Source: Chiloscyllium plagiosum
Lineage: Eukaryota
Reading direction: 5' to 3'
Length of the DNA: 64,000 nt
NCBI RefSeq assembly: GCF_004010195.1
Contig: NC_057749.1
Span: forward strand, 2,086,800-2,150,799
The position numbers and the translations under genes are program-made. Shown one piece after another: positions 49,395 to 62,367 of this stretch. The notes under the pieces are model-generated. The model searched no databases, had not been told where the DNA came from, and saw only the letters and a list, made by a program, of their open reading frames with translations. Each line of letters begins with the position of its first letter. The first letter of the stretch is position 1.

Positions 49395-52300
49395 TAGTAG
49401 GGAGAGGCTGATTAGGCTAGGGCTATTTACCCTGTAGCTTCGGAAGCTGAGGGGATGACCTTTTTGTGGTTTATAAAATCATGAGAGGAATGGATAAGAT
49501 AAATAGACAAGATCTTTTCACCAGGGTGGGGAGTCCAAAACTAGAGGGCATAGATTTAAGGTGAGAGGGGAAAGATTTTAAAAGAACCTGATGGATAACC
49601 TTTTCATGTAAAGGATGGTGCATACACAGAACGAGCTGCCAGAGGAACTGGTGGGAGTGGGTACAAAAACAATATTTAAAAGGCATCTGGATGGGTATAT
49701 GAACAAGGTTCCGCACGCAAGACTGGTTAGCAAGGTTAGATCACATGAGGTCCAGGGACAGCTAGCCAATTGAATGCATGAAGGTTGGAGACTGGGGTTG
49801 GGGGTTGCTTTTCAGATTAGGGGACTATGATGAATGGTGTTGACACAAGGATCGGTACTGGATCCATTGTTTGTTGGCATTTATATAAACGATTTGGATG
49901 TGAATGTAAGAGTGGTTAGTAAGTTTGTAGATGACACCAAAATTGGTGGTGTAATGGACAGTGAAGAAGATCACCTCAATACAATGAAACCTTGATCAGA
50001 TGTGCTAATTGACCAAGGAGTGTAGATGGAATTTAATTCAGGTAAACGTGAGGTGTTGCAGTTTGATAAGACACACCATACTTCAACAGTTAATGGTAGA
50101 ACCCTGGGGAGTGTTGCTGAACAAAGAGATCTAAGGGTGCAGGTACATACTTGAGTCGCAGGTAGACAAGGTGGTGAAGAAGGTATTTGGGACACTTGCC
50201 TTTATTGGTCATAACATTGAGCTACTGGGAAGATACCCCCGGCCTACTCAGCCTTTCCCGATAACTCAAGCCCTCCAGTCCTGGCAAAACCTTGTAAATC
50301 TTATCTGCACTGTGTCAAGTTTAGCAACATCTTTCCTTTTGAAGGGCGACCAGAATTGTTCGCGGAATTCCAAAAGTTGCCGCACGAAGGTCCTGTACAG
50401 CATCAACATTACATCCCGGCTCCCAGACTCATTGCTAATGCTCTTTGGGAGGGTTTAAAGTAATTCGTCAGAGGGCTGTGAACCTGAATGTCGCTCTCGT
50501 GTACAGGAGGTTGAGTATTGAGGTCATTACTAAGGTTTCAATGTTGTCACAATGAACCAGCAGGCAGCAAGGTGATTTGAAGTGTATCTGCCTCAAAGCC
50601 GAGAGAATCCGGAGTAAAGTGGATGAACTTGCAGCATGGGATGGTATGTGGGACTTTGATATTGTGGCCATTTTGGAGACATGGACAGAGCAGGGGCAAG
50701 AATGGTTGTTGCAGGTTCCGGGATTTAGTTGTTTCTGTAAGAACAGGGAAGGTGGTACAGGAGGAGGAGGTGTGGCATTGTTAGTCAACAACAGTATTAT
50801 GGTACCACAAAGGACGTTAAATGAGGACTGGTCTACTGAGGTAGAATGGACTGAGGTCAGAAACAGGAAAGGAGAAGTCACCCTTTTGGGAGTTTTCTAT
50901 AGGCCTCAGAAAAGTTCCAGAGATGTAGAGGAAAGGATAGCAAAGATGATCCTGGATAGGAGCGAAAGTAACACGTTAGTTGCAATGGGGGAACCGTAAC
51001 TTTTCAAATATTGACTGGAAATACAATAGTTCGAGTAGTTTTGACGGGGTCAGTTTTTTGTCCAATGTATGCAGGAGGGTTTCCTGACACAGTAGGTAGA
51101 TAGCCCAACAAGATGCGAGGCCATATTGGATATGGTACTAAGTAGTTCTGGAGGTAGGTGATAGTGCACTTTGGTGATAGTGACCACAATTTGGTTACAT
51201 TCACTTTAGCAATGGAAAGGGATAGGTAAATACTGCAGGGCAAAAGTTATAGCTACGGGAAAGCCAATTATAATGCAATTAGGCAAGATTTAGGATGAAC
51301 AGGATGGGAAAGGAAACTGCAGGGAATGAGCTCAATTGAAATGTGGAGCTTGTTCAAGGAACAGCTACTACATGTCCTTGATAAGTGTGTCCCTGTCAGG
51401 CAGGGAGAAAGTGGTCAAGTGAGGGAGCCATTGTTTACGAAAGAAGTTGAAACTCTTGTCAAGAGGAGAAAGGAGGCTTATGTGAAGATGAGATGGAAAG
51501 GCTCAGTTAGGGTGCTTGAGAGTTACAAGTTAGCCAGGAAGGTGCGAGGTGCTTCATTTTGGGAAAGCAAATCTTAGCAGGACTTGTACATTTAATGGTA
51601 AAGTCCTAGGAAGTGTTGTTGAACAAAGAGACCTTGGAGTGCAGGTTCATAGCTCCTTGAAAGTGGAGTCGCAGGAAGATAGGATAGTGAAGAAGGCGTT
51701 TGGTATGCTTTCATTTATTGGTCAGTGTATTGAGTACAGGAGTTTACAAGGATGTTGCCAGGGTTGAAGGATTTGAGCTATAGGGAGGGGCTGAACAGAC
51801 TGGGGCTGTTTTCCTTGGACTGTCAGAGGCTGAGGGGTGACCTTAGAGAGGTTTATAAAATTGTGAGGGGCATGGATAGGATAAATAGACAAAGTCTTTT
51901 TCCCGGGGTCGGGAGTTCAGAACTAGAGGGCATAGGTCTAGACTGAGAGAGGAGGAGTTCAGAACTAGAGGGCATAGGTCTAGACTGAGAGAGGAAAGAT
52001 ATAAAAGAGACCTACGGGGCAACCTTTTCACAGAGTGGTACATGTATGGAATGAGCTGCCAGAGGAAGTGGTGGAGACTGGTGTGATTGCAACATTTAAG
52101 AGGCATCTGGATGGGTATATGAATAGGAAGGGTTTGGAGGGATATGGGCCAGGTGCTGGCAGAGGGGACTAGATTCAGTTAGGATATCTGGTCGGCATGG
52201 ACGGGTTGGACAGAAGGGTCTGCTTCCATGCTGTACATCTCTGTAACCTAAAGAGAGAACTAAGAAGAGCCAGGAGGGAACATGAGAAAACTTTGGCAGG

Positions 52301-55300
52301 TAGGATTAAGGAAAACCCTAAAGCTTTCTATAGATATATCAGGAATGAAAGAATGACTAGAGTAAGATTAGGGCCAGTGAAGGACAGTAGTGGGAAGTTG
52401 TTCCTGGAGACAAGGAGATAGGAGAGGCACTAAATGAATACTTTTTGTCAGTATTCACACAGAAAAAAGACAATGTTGTCAAGGAGAATACTGAGATCCG
52501 GCTATTAGACTAGACTGGATTGAGGTTCATAAGGAGGAGATGTTAGCAATTATAGAATCATAGAGATGCACAGCATGGAAACAGACCCTTCGGTCCAACT
52601 CGTCCATGCCAACCAGATATCCCAACCCAATCTAGTCCCACCTGCCAGCACCCGGCCCATATCCCTCCAAACCCTTCCTATTCATATCCAGGTGCCTTTT
52701 AAATGTTGCAATTGTACCAGCCTCCACCACTTCCTCATTCCATACATGTACCACCCTCTGCGTGGAAAAAGTTGCCCCTTGGATCTCTCTTATATCTTTC
52801 CCCTCTCACCTGAAACCTATGCCCTCTAGTTCTGGACTCCCCCACCCCAGGGAAAAGACCTTGTCTATTTATCCTATCCATGCCCCTCATGATTTTATAC
52901 CCCTCTATATTCTGAAAACTGTGGAAATAGATAAATCCTGTGGGCCGGATGGAATTTATCCTAGGATTCTCTGGGAAGCGAGATTGCAGAGCCTTTGGCT
53001 TTGAATTTTATGTTGTTATTATTGACAGGAATACTGCCAGAAGACTGGAGGATAGCAAACGTTGTCCCCTTGTTCAAGAAGGGGAGTAGAGACAACCCTG
53101 GGAATTATAGACCAGTGAGCCTTACTTCAGTTGTGGGTAAAATGTTGGAAAGGATGATAAGAGAGAGGATTTATCATCATCTAGAAAGGAATAAGTTGAT
53201 TAGGGGTAGTCAACTTGGTTTTGTGAAGGGTAGGTTGTACCTCACAAACCTTACTGAATTCTTTGAGAACGTGACCAAACAGGTGGATGAGGGTAAAGGG
53301 GTTGATGTGTGTATATGAATTTCAGTAAAGCGTTTGATGCGGTTTCCAACGGTAGGCTATTGCAGAAAATACTAAGGCATGGGATTGAGGGTGATTTAGT
53401 GAGTTGAATCAGAAATTGGCTAGTTGTAAAAAGACAGAGAATGGTGGTTGATGGGAAGTGTTCATCCAGGAGTTTGGTTACTAGTGGTGTACTGCAAGGA
53501 TTTGTTTTGGAGCCACTGCTGTTTGCCATTTTTATAAATAACCTGGATGAGGACGTAAAAGGATGGGTTAGTACATTTGTGGTGATACTTTTGGACAGTG
53601 CAGAAGGATGTTGCAGGTTACAGAAGGACGTAGATAAGCTGCAGAGCTGGACTGAGAGGTGGCAAATTAAGTTTATTGTGGAAAGTCTGAGGTTAATCAC
53701 TTTGGAAGAAATAACAGGAATAGAGAGTACTGGGCTAAAGGTAAGATTCTTGGTACCGTGGATGAGCAAAGAGGGCGGCACGGTGGCTCAGTGCTTAGCA
53801 CTGCTGCCTCACAGCACCAGGGTCGCAGGTTCGATTCCAGCCTCGGGCGACTGCCTTTATGGAGTTTGCACATTCTCCCAGTGTCTGCATGGGTTTCCTC
53901 CGGGTGCTCCAGTTTCCTCCCACAGTCCAAAGATGTGCAGTTCAGGTGGATTGGCCATGCTAAATTGCCTATAGTGATTAGGTGCATTAGTCAGAGGGAA
54001 ATGTGTCTGGGTGGGTTACTCTTTGGAGGGTCAGTGTGGACTGGTTGGGCTGAAGGTAGTTTCTACACTGTAGAGAATCTAATCTAATCTCTGTCAATAT
54101 ACATAGATCCCTGAAAGTTGCCACCCAGGTTAATAGGGTTACAGTGTGTTAGCTTTTATTGGTATAGGGATTGGGTATCGGAACCATGAGATCATATTGC
54201 AGCTATACAACACGCTGGTGCGGTCTCTCTTGAAGTATTGCCTACTGTTTTGGTTGCCGGGTTATAGGAAGGATATGGAAGAATTGGGAAGGGTTCAGAG
54301 GAGATTTACTAGGATGTTGCCTGGTATGGAGGGAAGGTCTTACGAGGAAAGGCTGAGACTTGAGGTTGTTTTTGTTAGAGCGAAGAAGGTTGAGAGGTGA
54401 CTTAATTGAGACATACAAGAGGATTAGATAAGGTGGATAGTGAGAACTTTTTTCCTCAGATGGTGATGGCTGAGCACGATGGGCCATAGCTTTAAAATGA
54501 AGGGTGACAGATATAGGACAGATGTCAGAGGTAGGTTCTTTACTCAGTGTAGTAAGGGCGTCAAACGCTCTGCCTGCAAAAGTCATAGACTTGCCACCGT
54601 TAAGGGCATTTAAATGGTCATTGGATAAACATATGATGATATTGGAATAGTGTGGGTTAAATGGGCTTCAGATTGGTTTCACAGGTTGACGCAACATCAA
54701 GGGCCAAAGGGCCTGTACTGGGCTACAATGTTCTATGTTCTGTATTCTATCCCTCAGTACTGGTGAGGTGTTAGATGACTGGAGAGTGCCTAATGTGCAT
54801 TTGTTTAAGAAGGGAAGTAAGGAGAAGCCTAGGATCTGTAGACCTGTGAGCCTGACTCCGGTGGTGGGTACATTGTTGGAAGTAATTCTGAAAGATTGCA
54901 TTTATGTGCATTTGGAGGGACATGGACTGATTAGGGATAGTCAGTATGGTTTTGTGTGTGAGAAATGATGTCTCACAAACTCGTTTGAGTTTCTTGAGGA
55001 AGTAACCAAGAAGATTGATGAAGGCAGAGTGGTAAACATTGGTTACTTGAACTTTACTAAAGCCTTTGAAAAGGTTCCACATAGTAGACTAATCAGTAAA
55101 GTTAAGATACCATGGGATTCAGGGTGAACTTGCCAATTGGATCCAAAATTGGCTGAATGGCAGGAGACTGTAATGGTGGAGGGTTGTTTTTTGGACTGGA
55201 GGCCTGTGAGGAGTGATAGGGATAGGTGCTGGGTCCACTTTTATTTGTAATATATATATTAATGATTTAGAGGAAGGCATGTATAGTAAGTTTGCAGATG

Positions 55301-56840
55301 ACACCAAAATTGGTGATATAGTGGACAGTGCAGAATGTTATCTAAGATTACAAAGAGTTCTTGATTAAATGGGTCAATGGGCTGAAGAGGGGCAGGAGGA
55401 GTTTAATTTGAATAAAGTGGAAAATTGTACTTTGGTGAAACAACAAGGGCAGGACTTTTACAATTAAAAGTAGGACCTTGGCTAGTGTTCTAGAATGGAG
55501 AGGCGTAGGGATTCAGGTGTATGATTCTTTGAAGTTTGCATCATGTGGAGATGGTGATTAAGAAAGCACTTTGCAGGTTTGCCTTCATTGCTCAGACTTT
55601 TGAGTATAGGTGTTGAGACGTTACATTGAGGTCGTACAAAATGTTGGTGAGGCCTATTCTGAAGCACTGTGTCCAATTCTGGTCGCCCTGTTATAGAAAG
55701 GATATTATTAAAGAGGGTTCAGAAGAAATTTACCAGGTTGTTACTGGGAATGGAAGGCTTGAGTTAGAACGAGAGACTGGATAGACTAGACGACTTTCAC
55801 TGGAGCATAGGAGGTTGAGGACTGACGTTATAGAGGTTTATAAAATCATGAAGGGTATTAATAAGGTGAATGGCATGTGTCTTTTGCATAGGATAAAGAG
55901 TTTCAAGACAAGTGGGCATATTTTTAAGATGAGAAGAGAAAGATTTTAAAAAAGACATGAGGACAAATTTTACTTTACAGAGAATAGTTCATATGTGGAA
56001 TGAATTTCCAGAGGAAGTGGTGGATGTGGATACAGTTACGACGTTTAAAAGGCATTTACATAAGTACATGAATAAGAAATGTTTAGAAGGATATGGGCTA
56101 AGAGCAGGCAGATGGGACTGGTTTGGTTTGGGATTATGGTCGGCATGGTCTGTTTCCAGACTATAAAACTCTTGTCTCTTGATTCTTGCATTAAAAACCA
56201 TTCTCCTATTTCTGTGCTGTATGACTCTATGACCACCTCCTCTGTAATATGTACTCTTTTTCAAGACATCACTATTTACTTCGTCAAGTTCCCTAGCTTC
56301 CATGTTCTTCACCACACTAAACACTAATGCAAAATGTTCATTTAGTATCTCATCCATCTCCTGCAGTTTCACACATAGACCGCCAAATTGATCTTTAAAG
56401 GGTCCTATTTTCTCCCTAGTTACTGTTTTCCCTTTAATGTACTTATGGGATCTCTTTGCATTCTCCTTAACTCTTTTTGCTAAAGTATCTTATGTCTCCT
56501 TTTTTTCTATCCTGATTTTCCTGTTAAGTACAGAGGAACCTTGATTATCCGAACGACACTGACAGGGAGTATTTTGTTCGGATGATCGAATGCCGGATAA
56601 CACAGTTTAGCCGAGCATCGATACCTTGCGATCTTGCCGGATAATCGAATGCTGGCTATTCAAGGTTCCTCTGTTACTGCCCTCACTGTCTTACACTCCC
56701 CTAAGGATTCACTCGATCCTAGTTGTCTGTACCTGATTTGTGCCGCTTCCTTTTTCTTGAACAGAGCATTGATTACTTTCATCATCCAACATTCCCTACG
56801 TCTACCAGCCTCACTCTTCACACTAACAAGAACTTCTCTG
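49395..56840. mobile_element. nested cluster of CR1 LINE fragments (both strands) filling a PSMA4 intron, including a long + strand copy (~50440-54745) interrupted by other CR1 3' ends and an HE1 SINE (53772-54090)
   Basis: APE (CLKA..IRSK.DEL..ETW..YRP) and RT (PGNYRPVSLTSVVGK, GV.QG) motifs, repeatedly interrupted. Confidence 0.88.
56531..56673. mobile_element. Tigger-like MITE (143 bp) inserted in CR1
   Basis: 14-bp perfect TIRs CAGAGGAACCTTGA / TCAAGGTTCCTCTG, TA on the left flank. Confidence 0.8.
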
Positions 56841-57843
56841 TAAATTTGAGAGATATTTTAAGCAAATATTATAAGATGCTATCATCATGAATTTTTGTGA
56901 CCTTTCCTCCTCCAAAAGCCAATCTCTGTGGCAACATGAATCACGTGGGTCTTGTAACAGGTAGAAATCTGATGATTATTTTCTAAACCCCTATTCTATT
57001 CCATCCTGAAGTTAAATGGGCAATTTAAAATATGACCATTTTCAAACCTTGACATTCCTAACACTGAGTGTTGAAGACTAGCAGTCCAGCTACTCACTGC
57101 GCTGGCCAGTAAAACAATGTCGGCTCACATTTAATAACAAAGTCACCCAAGCTTGTTAGCTGACAGAATTTGAAAGTGGACCAAGGCCTTTTATGTAACC
57201 CCAAATTGAAAAGAGACTCTAAAACACAGCAGTCTTAGAAACTTCATATGCATTGATTGAGTGAAATTTAATTCTACAACCTTCCCCACTCCCAATCACC
57301 ACCAAATAAAAGGTTTCAGACTGTGAGCCACAGTGGGGCTTTATAATCAGGGGATGGACAGCGTATAGACTTCTTGATTCCTTCCCCTTCCCAATTAAGT
57401 CAAATGTGAGGAGGTTTAAGTGTGTCCTCCCCACTGTGAGGCCAATGAGTTTTAATTAAGGCTCGTCCTCCACTGCGTGTTTGGGATGGGCCTTATGCCG
57501 TGTATGGAAGCTGTCAGGTAAACCCTAGGGACTACCTCTACAGTCATGGATGTGTTACCCAGTCAGGCATCCTTTGGCCTATAGAGGAATATCCTGTTGA
57601 AAGAGGCTCCTACCCCATCTCTCACTGATCACAGCCAGTCTGACCTGTTGTCCTGCTTTGAGGCAGGCCCAGAAACCCTTACAACAGACAGCAGACTTCT
57701 GCATGTCATTAAATCCGATTAGAACTCAGTATCGCTGTTTCAAAGTCTCTGGATAATGGTGCTTTGTGCAAAGTGACTGTCATATTTACCTAACTATTTG
57801 AAGAAATTCACTGTTGGTGAAATTCTTGGCAATTTGTATCTAA

Positions 57844-57990
<147 letters not shown>

Positions 57991-58896
57991 TGAATGAAAG
58001 GGCTCAGTGACTTTGTAATAAGAGCAGTAACTGTCACGTGTTGGTTTGATTCTAATATTATTAATGCATAGCATTGAAGATTTAGCTTATACAGATTAAT
58101 ACAGTGAATATTTCTAAAAACATAATTATAGAATTTCTAATAGAAAAGGTTTCAGGCTGGTTCCAACACTAAATATCAATTACTAAAGAACCCTTATTTT
58201 GGTTGAGATACTCCATTTTGAGACATGTGACCAAAGGTGAAGGTGAATTAGACATACAAGCATCTTAGTGACAGCAATTGGCTTTTCCTGGACTGCAAAA
58301 GGAAAATTCTAGAGATGTTAGAAATCAGCAAAAAAAATTGTAATCTTCAAGGCAGGCAGCACCTGTGTGCAGAGAATTCACAGATCCTGCCCATGATGGC
58401 TCACCTGAACTTTAACATTTGTCACTACAGATGCTGTCAAATCTGCTGAAAGTTAACTGTGGACTAATGTCAGCAAATTTTCTAAACTGTGTAACACACT
58501 GCCATTGTTTGTTCTTGTTTTATTGGTTGGACCAATGCCACAGTAAAAAAGGGTGAGAAAAGATTCATCCCATGTATATACTGTTTCCAAAGGTGTGTCA
58601 ACCTGCTAGCTACCCTCTGGTATTGCTGACTCCGTGGATGTTGTCGAATCCTAGGATGTTGCTGACTGTTGGGGTTCTGCTAAATCCTATGGTATTACTG
58701 ATCTGTGGTGAATAGAAGAAACTCTGCCCAGATTCAGGAGAAACTCTGAATTGGCTCCATTGTTTCCTAAAGCAACCAAATCACTGATTTTGCTTCAGTT
58801 GACTTAAGCTAATCTAGGTTCTAACTAATATCCCTGTGTGTCTTAAAAACGCATTTACATCAGAATTAAGAGCAGAAGCAGACACTTGGCTCCTTG

Positions 58897-59435
58897 ATTC
58901 TGGATCAGTGGTGCTGGAAGAGCACAGCAGTTCAGGCAGCATCCAAGGAGCTTTGAAATCGACGTTTCGGGCAAAACCCTTGTTTTTGTTTTTACCTAGT
59001 TGATTTTAACCCTACTGCGAATCCTCTTGCAAGGATGCTTGCCTTGGAGAAGTTTTCCTCCTCTCTCTACAAGAATCTCAGGGAGTCCCTCTCCCACTGC
59101 AACTCCCAGGCCATTTCCTCTGCCCTGAAGCTCTTCAACCATGTCGTGAAACAAACTCGCTACCACAGCCAAATTTGCTTCCTCAGTGCCTGCCTCCATA
59201 ACCAACTCATCCCACACAGATTCCGGACCACCTTTAAACCAGCAGAGTTCGGACCCGAACAGGACAAACAGTACAGACTACAGATTCAAAAACACCAGCA
59301 ACAGTTCTCCTGAAGGGCTTTTGCTCAAAACGTCGATTTCAAAGCTCCTTGGATGCTGCCTGAACTGCTGTGCTCTTCCAGCACCACTGATCCAGAATCT
59401 GGTTTCCAGCATCTGCAGTCATTGTGTTTACCTAC
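58897..59435. mobile_element. Penelope 5' ORF fragment between inverted pLTR arms
   Basis: 58897-58980 is the reverse complement of ~59315-59399; the internal peptide QTRYHSQICFLSACL..LIPH.F resembles a Penelope ORF N-terminus. Confidence 0.78.
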
Positions 59436-60264
59436 TTGGCTCATTGAGACTGCTCTGCCTTTCAATGAGATCAGGTCTGATTTGATTACTCCATACTCCT
59501 GCTATCCCTGTTAACCCTTTTACACATTTATGAAACTGAATCCTGTCCCAAAATTGTGTTGTCATGTTCTGTCCCACTTGCCTATCACTCCTGTCCTTTC
59601 TGACTCACTATTAACACGCAGTTCTCCTGTACCTGCAGTTTAAAAACCTATCCTACTATTGTGGATCACTGCATGGTCCCACTGCTTTCAATATCTATTA
59701 GCACCTTCTAAACTCTTCCAGAACACAGTGATCCTTCAGCACTCCTCTCTCTGTCGCTCCTCACTGCATTATTGGTGATTGTGACTTTAGCTGTTTAGAC
59801 CCTACCCTTTGACATATCTTTACTGAAAGCCTCTATCTCCTCATGTTCTCCTTATGGCCCTCCTTATGTCTTTTTGTTGCAATTTTGGGCTAGCACGTAT
59901 AATGATGCCACTTGTGGGAAGGAAATACCTAGTGGTATTATCGCTAGACTATTAATACAGAGACCCAGATAATGTTCTGGGACCCGGGTTTGAATCCCAC
60001 CATAGCAGATGGTGGAATTTGAATTTAGTTTTTAAAAATCTGGAATTAAGAATCTACTGATGACATGAAATCACTGTCGATCGTCGGATAAACCCATCTG
60101 GTTCACTAATGTCCTTCAAGGAAAGAAATCTGTCATCTTCACCTTGTCTAGCCTACATGTGACTCCAGACCCACAGCAATGTGGTTGACTCTCAATTGCT
60201 CTCTGAAATGGTCTAGCAAGCTATTCAGTTGTATCAATTGCTACAAAGTCTTGAAACCGGACAG

Positions 60265-60889
60265 TGCTATGCACCAGGCTAGACCCCTTCAAAACATTTC
60301 AAGAAGGCAGCCCAGATCCTAACGTTTCTAGTTGTTTTAAGCAGGTGTAAAGTGGATATTCCAGGAGTGGTGCAGCTGGCCCAATCACTCAAAACAAAAC
60401 AGAATTTATTTACAGTCTACTGAATGAAACATGAACAAAAGAGAACCGAATATGGAATAACTTATTCTATCTGAAAACCCTATTGACTCAATCGCAACTT
60501 ATGATGCTGCTACCAAATACTTGCAACATCCCCATAAACACCCATGAGCAGGAAAAGGAAAAATCAAACAACGGTTCTTACAGGAGAGATGTCAGAGAGA
60601 GAGAGAGAATAAGCATGGAGTGTTTCTTTGGGACCTGCAGTTTCTCTGGGTTCCCAGCTAAAACATGACCAGCAGCTGCAAAAAAAAACACCCAGACTGC
60701 TGAAGCCAAATCAAACCCTGAACTGGGAGAACTGGCCATTCCCCTTTCATTGTCCAAGTGTGTTTGAAAAATGCTGAAAAGCTTCTTCAAGTAGATATTT
60801 CCAAGCATATTGGAATCCCTGACTTTACAACCCCTCTAAACAAAAAAACAAAGACAACATAACCTTGTCAAAGGAGCAGCATCATCACA
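60265..60889 (-). mobile_element. solo LTR inserted in the LINE 5' region
   Basis: TG...CA-like ends (minus strand TGTGATGATGCTGCTCCTTTG...CATAGCA); similar to 28539-29021; interrupts the LINE sequence. Confidence 0.6.
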
Positions 60890-62055
60890 CTAGGCACCAG
60901 AAAAGACAGTGACAGAAACAGCACTGTCGAATTAACCAAGTCCTGCTCGCTAACATCTAGGGCCTAGTGTCAAAATTAGGAGAGCTGCCTCACAAACAAG
61001 TCAAGCAACAGCCTGACAGTCATACTCATGGAATCATACCTTACAATGTCCCAGGCAGCACCGTCACCATTCCTGGATATGTCCTGTCTCACCAGTAGGA
61101 CAGACCCAGCAGAGGTGGCGGCATAGCGGTATACAATCAGGACTGAGTTACCCTGGGAGTCCCCAACATTGACTGCAGATCCCATGAAGTCTCATGGCTT
61201 CAGGTTAAACACAGGCAAGGTAACCCCCTGCTGATTACCACATACCGGCCTCCTTCAGCTGAGGAATCAGCTGATTGAGCTGACTGGGTCCTAAAGGACG
61301 TAGCTGCTAGACTGGGTCTGCGGCAGGTGGTGAGGGAACCAACAAGAGGGGGGATAAGCGTACTTGACCTCATCCTTCCCGATCTTCCAGTTGCCCATCT
61401 GTCCATAACAGTATAGGTAAGAGTGGCCAACGCATAGTCCTTGTGAGGACAAAGTCCTACCTTCACGTTGAGAATAATCTCTATTGTGTTGTCTGGCATT
61501 ATCACTATGCTGAATAGGACAGACTTCAAGCAAATCTAGCAACTCAAGACTGGGCATCCATGATTGTTGTGGACCATCAACAGCAGCACAATCTGCAACC
61601 TCATGACCTGGCATATCTCCCACTCAACTCCTGGAATATCCACTTTACACCTGCTTAAAACAACTACAAACGTTAGGATCTGGACTGCCTTCTTGAAATG
61701 TTTTGAAGGGGTCTGGCCTGATGCATAGCACTGTCCGGTTTCACTTCAAGACTTTGTAGCAATTGATACAACTGAATAGCTTGCTAGACCATTTCAGAGA
61801 GCAATTGAGAGTCAACCATCAAGCCAGGGGATCAACCCTGGTTCAATGGAGAGTGCAGGAGGACATACCAGGATCAGCATCAGGTGTACCTGAAGATGAG
61901 CTGTTAGCCTGGTGAAGCCACCAAATAGGACTACTTGTATGCCAAACAGCATAAGCAGCAAGTGATAGACAGAGCTAAGCAATTCCACACTAACAGATCA
62001 GGTCTAAGCTCTATAGTCCAGCCACATCGTGAATGGTGGTGGACAGTTAAACAAA

Positions 62056-62367
62056 CACGGTGGCACAGCACTGCTGCCTCACAGCGCCAGAGACCCGGGT
62101 TCAATTCCCGCCTCAGGCGACTCTCTGTGTGGAGTTTGCACATTCTCCCTGTGTCTGCGTGTGTTTGCTCCGAGTGTTCCGGTTTCCTCCCACAATCCAA
62201 AAATGTGCAGGTCAGGTGAATTGGCCATGCTAAATTGCCCATAGTGTTAGGTGAAGGGGTGAATGTAGGGGAATGGGTTGGGTTGCGCTTCGGCAGGTCG
62301 GTGTGGACTTGTTGGGCCGAAGGGTCTGTTTCCACACTGGAAGTAATCTAATAAAAAAAAAATCTAA
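62056..62367 (+). mobile_element. HE1/V-SINE-type SINE nested in the LINE
   Basis: Head, V-domain and ctaat/A tail. Confidence 0.87.

Noticed and set aside
50440-56200. Intact, active CR1 LINE
   Set aside because: Multiple stops, frameshifts and nested insertions
58615-58712. Degenerate ~17-18-bp periodic tract
   Set aside because: Short, highly diverged, no supportable function
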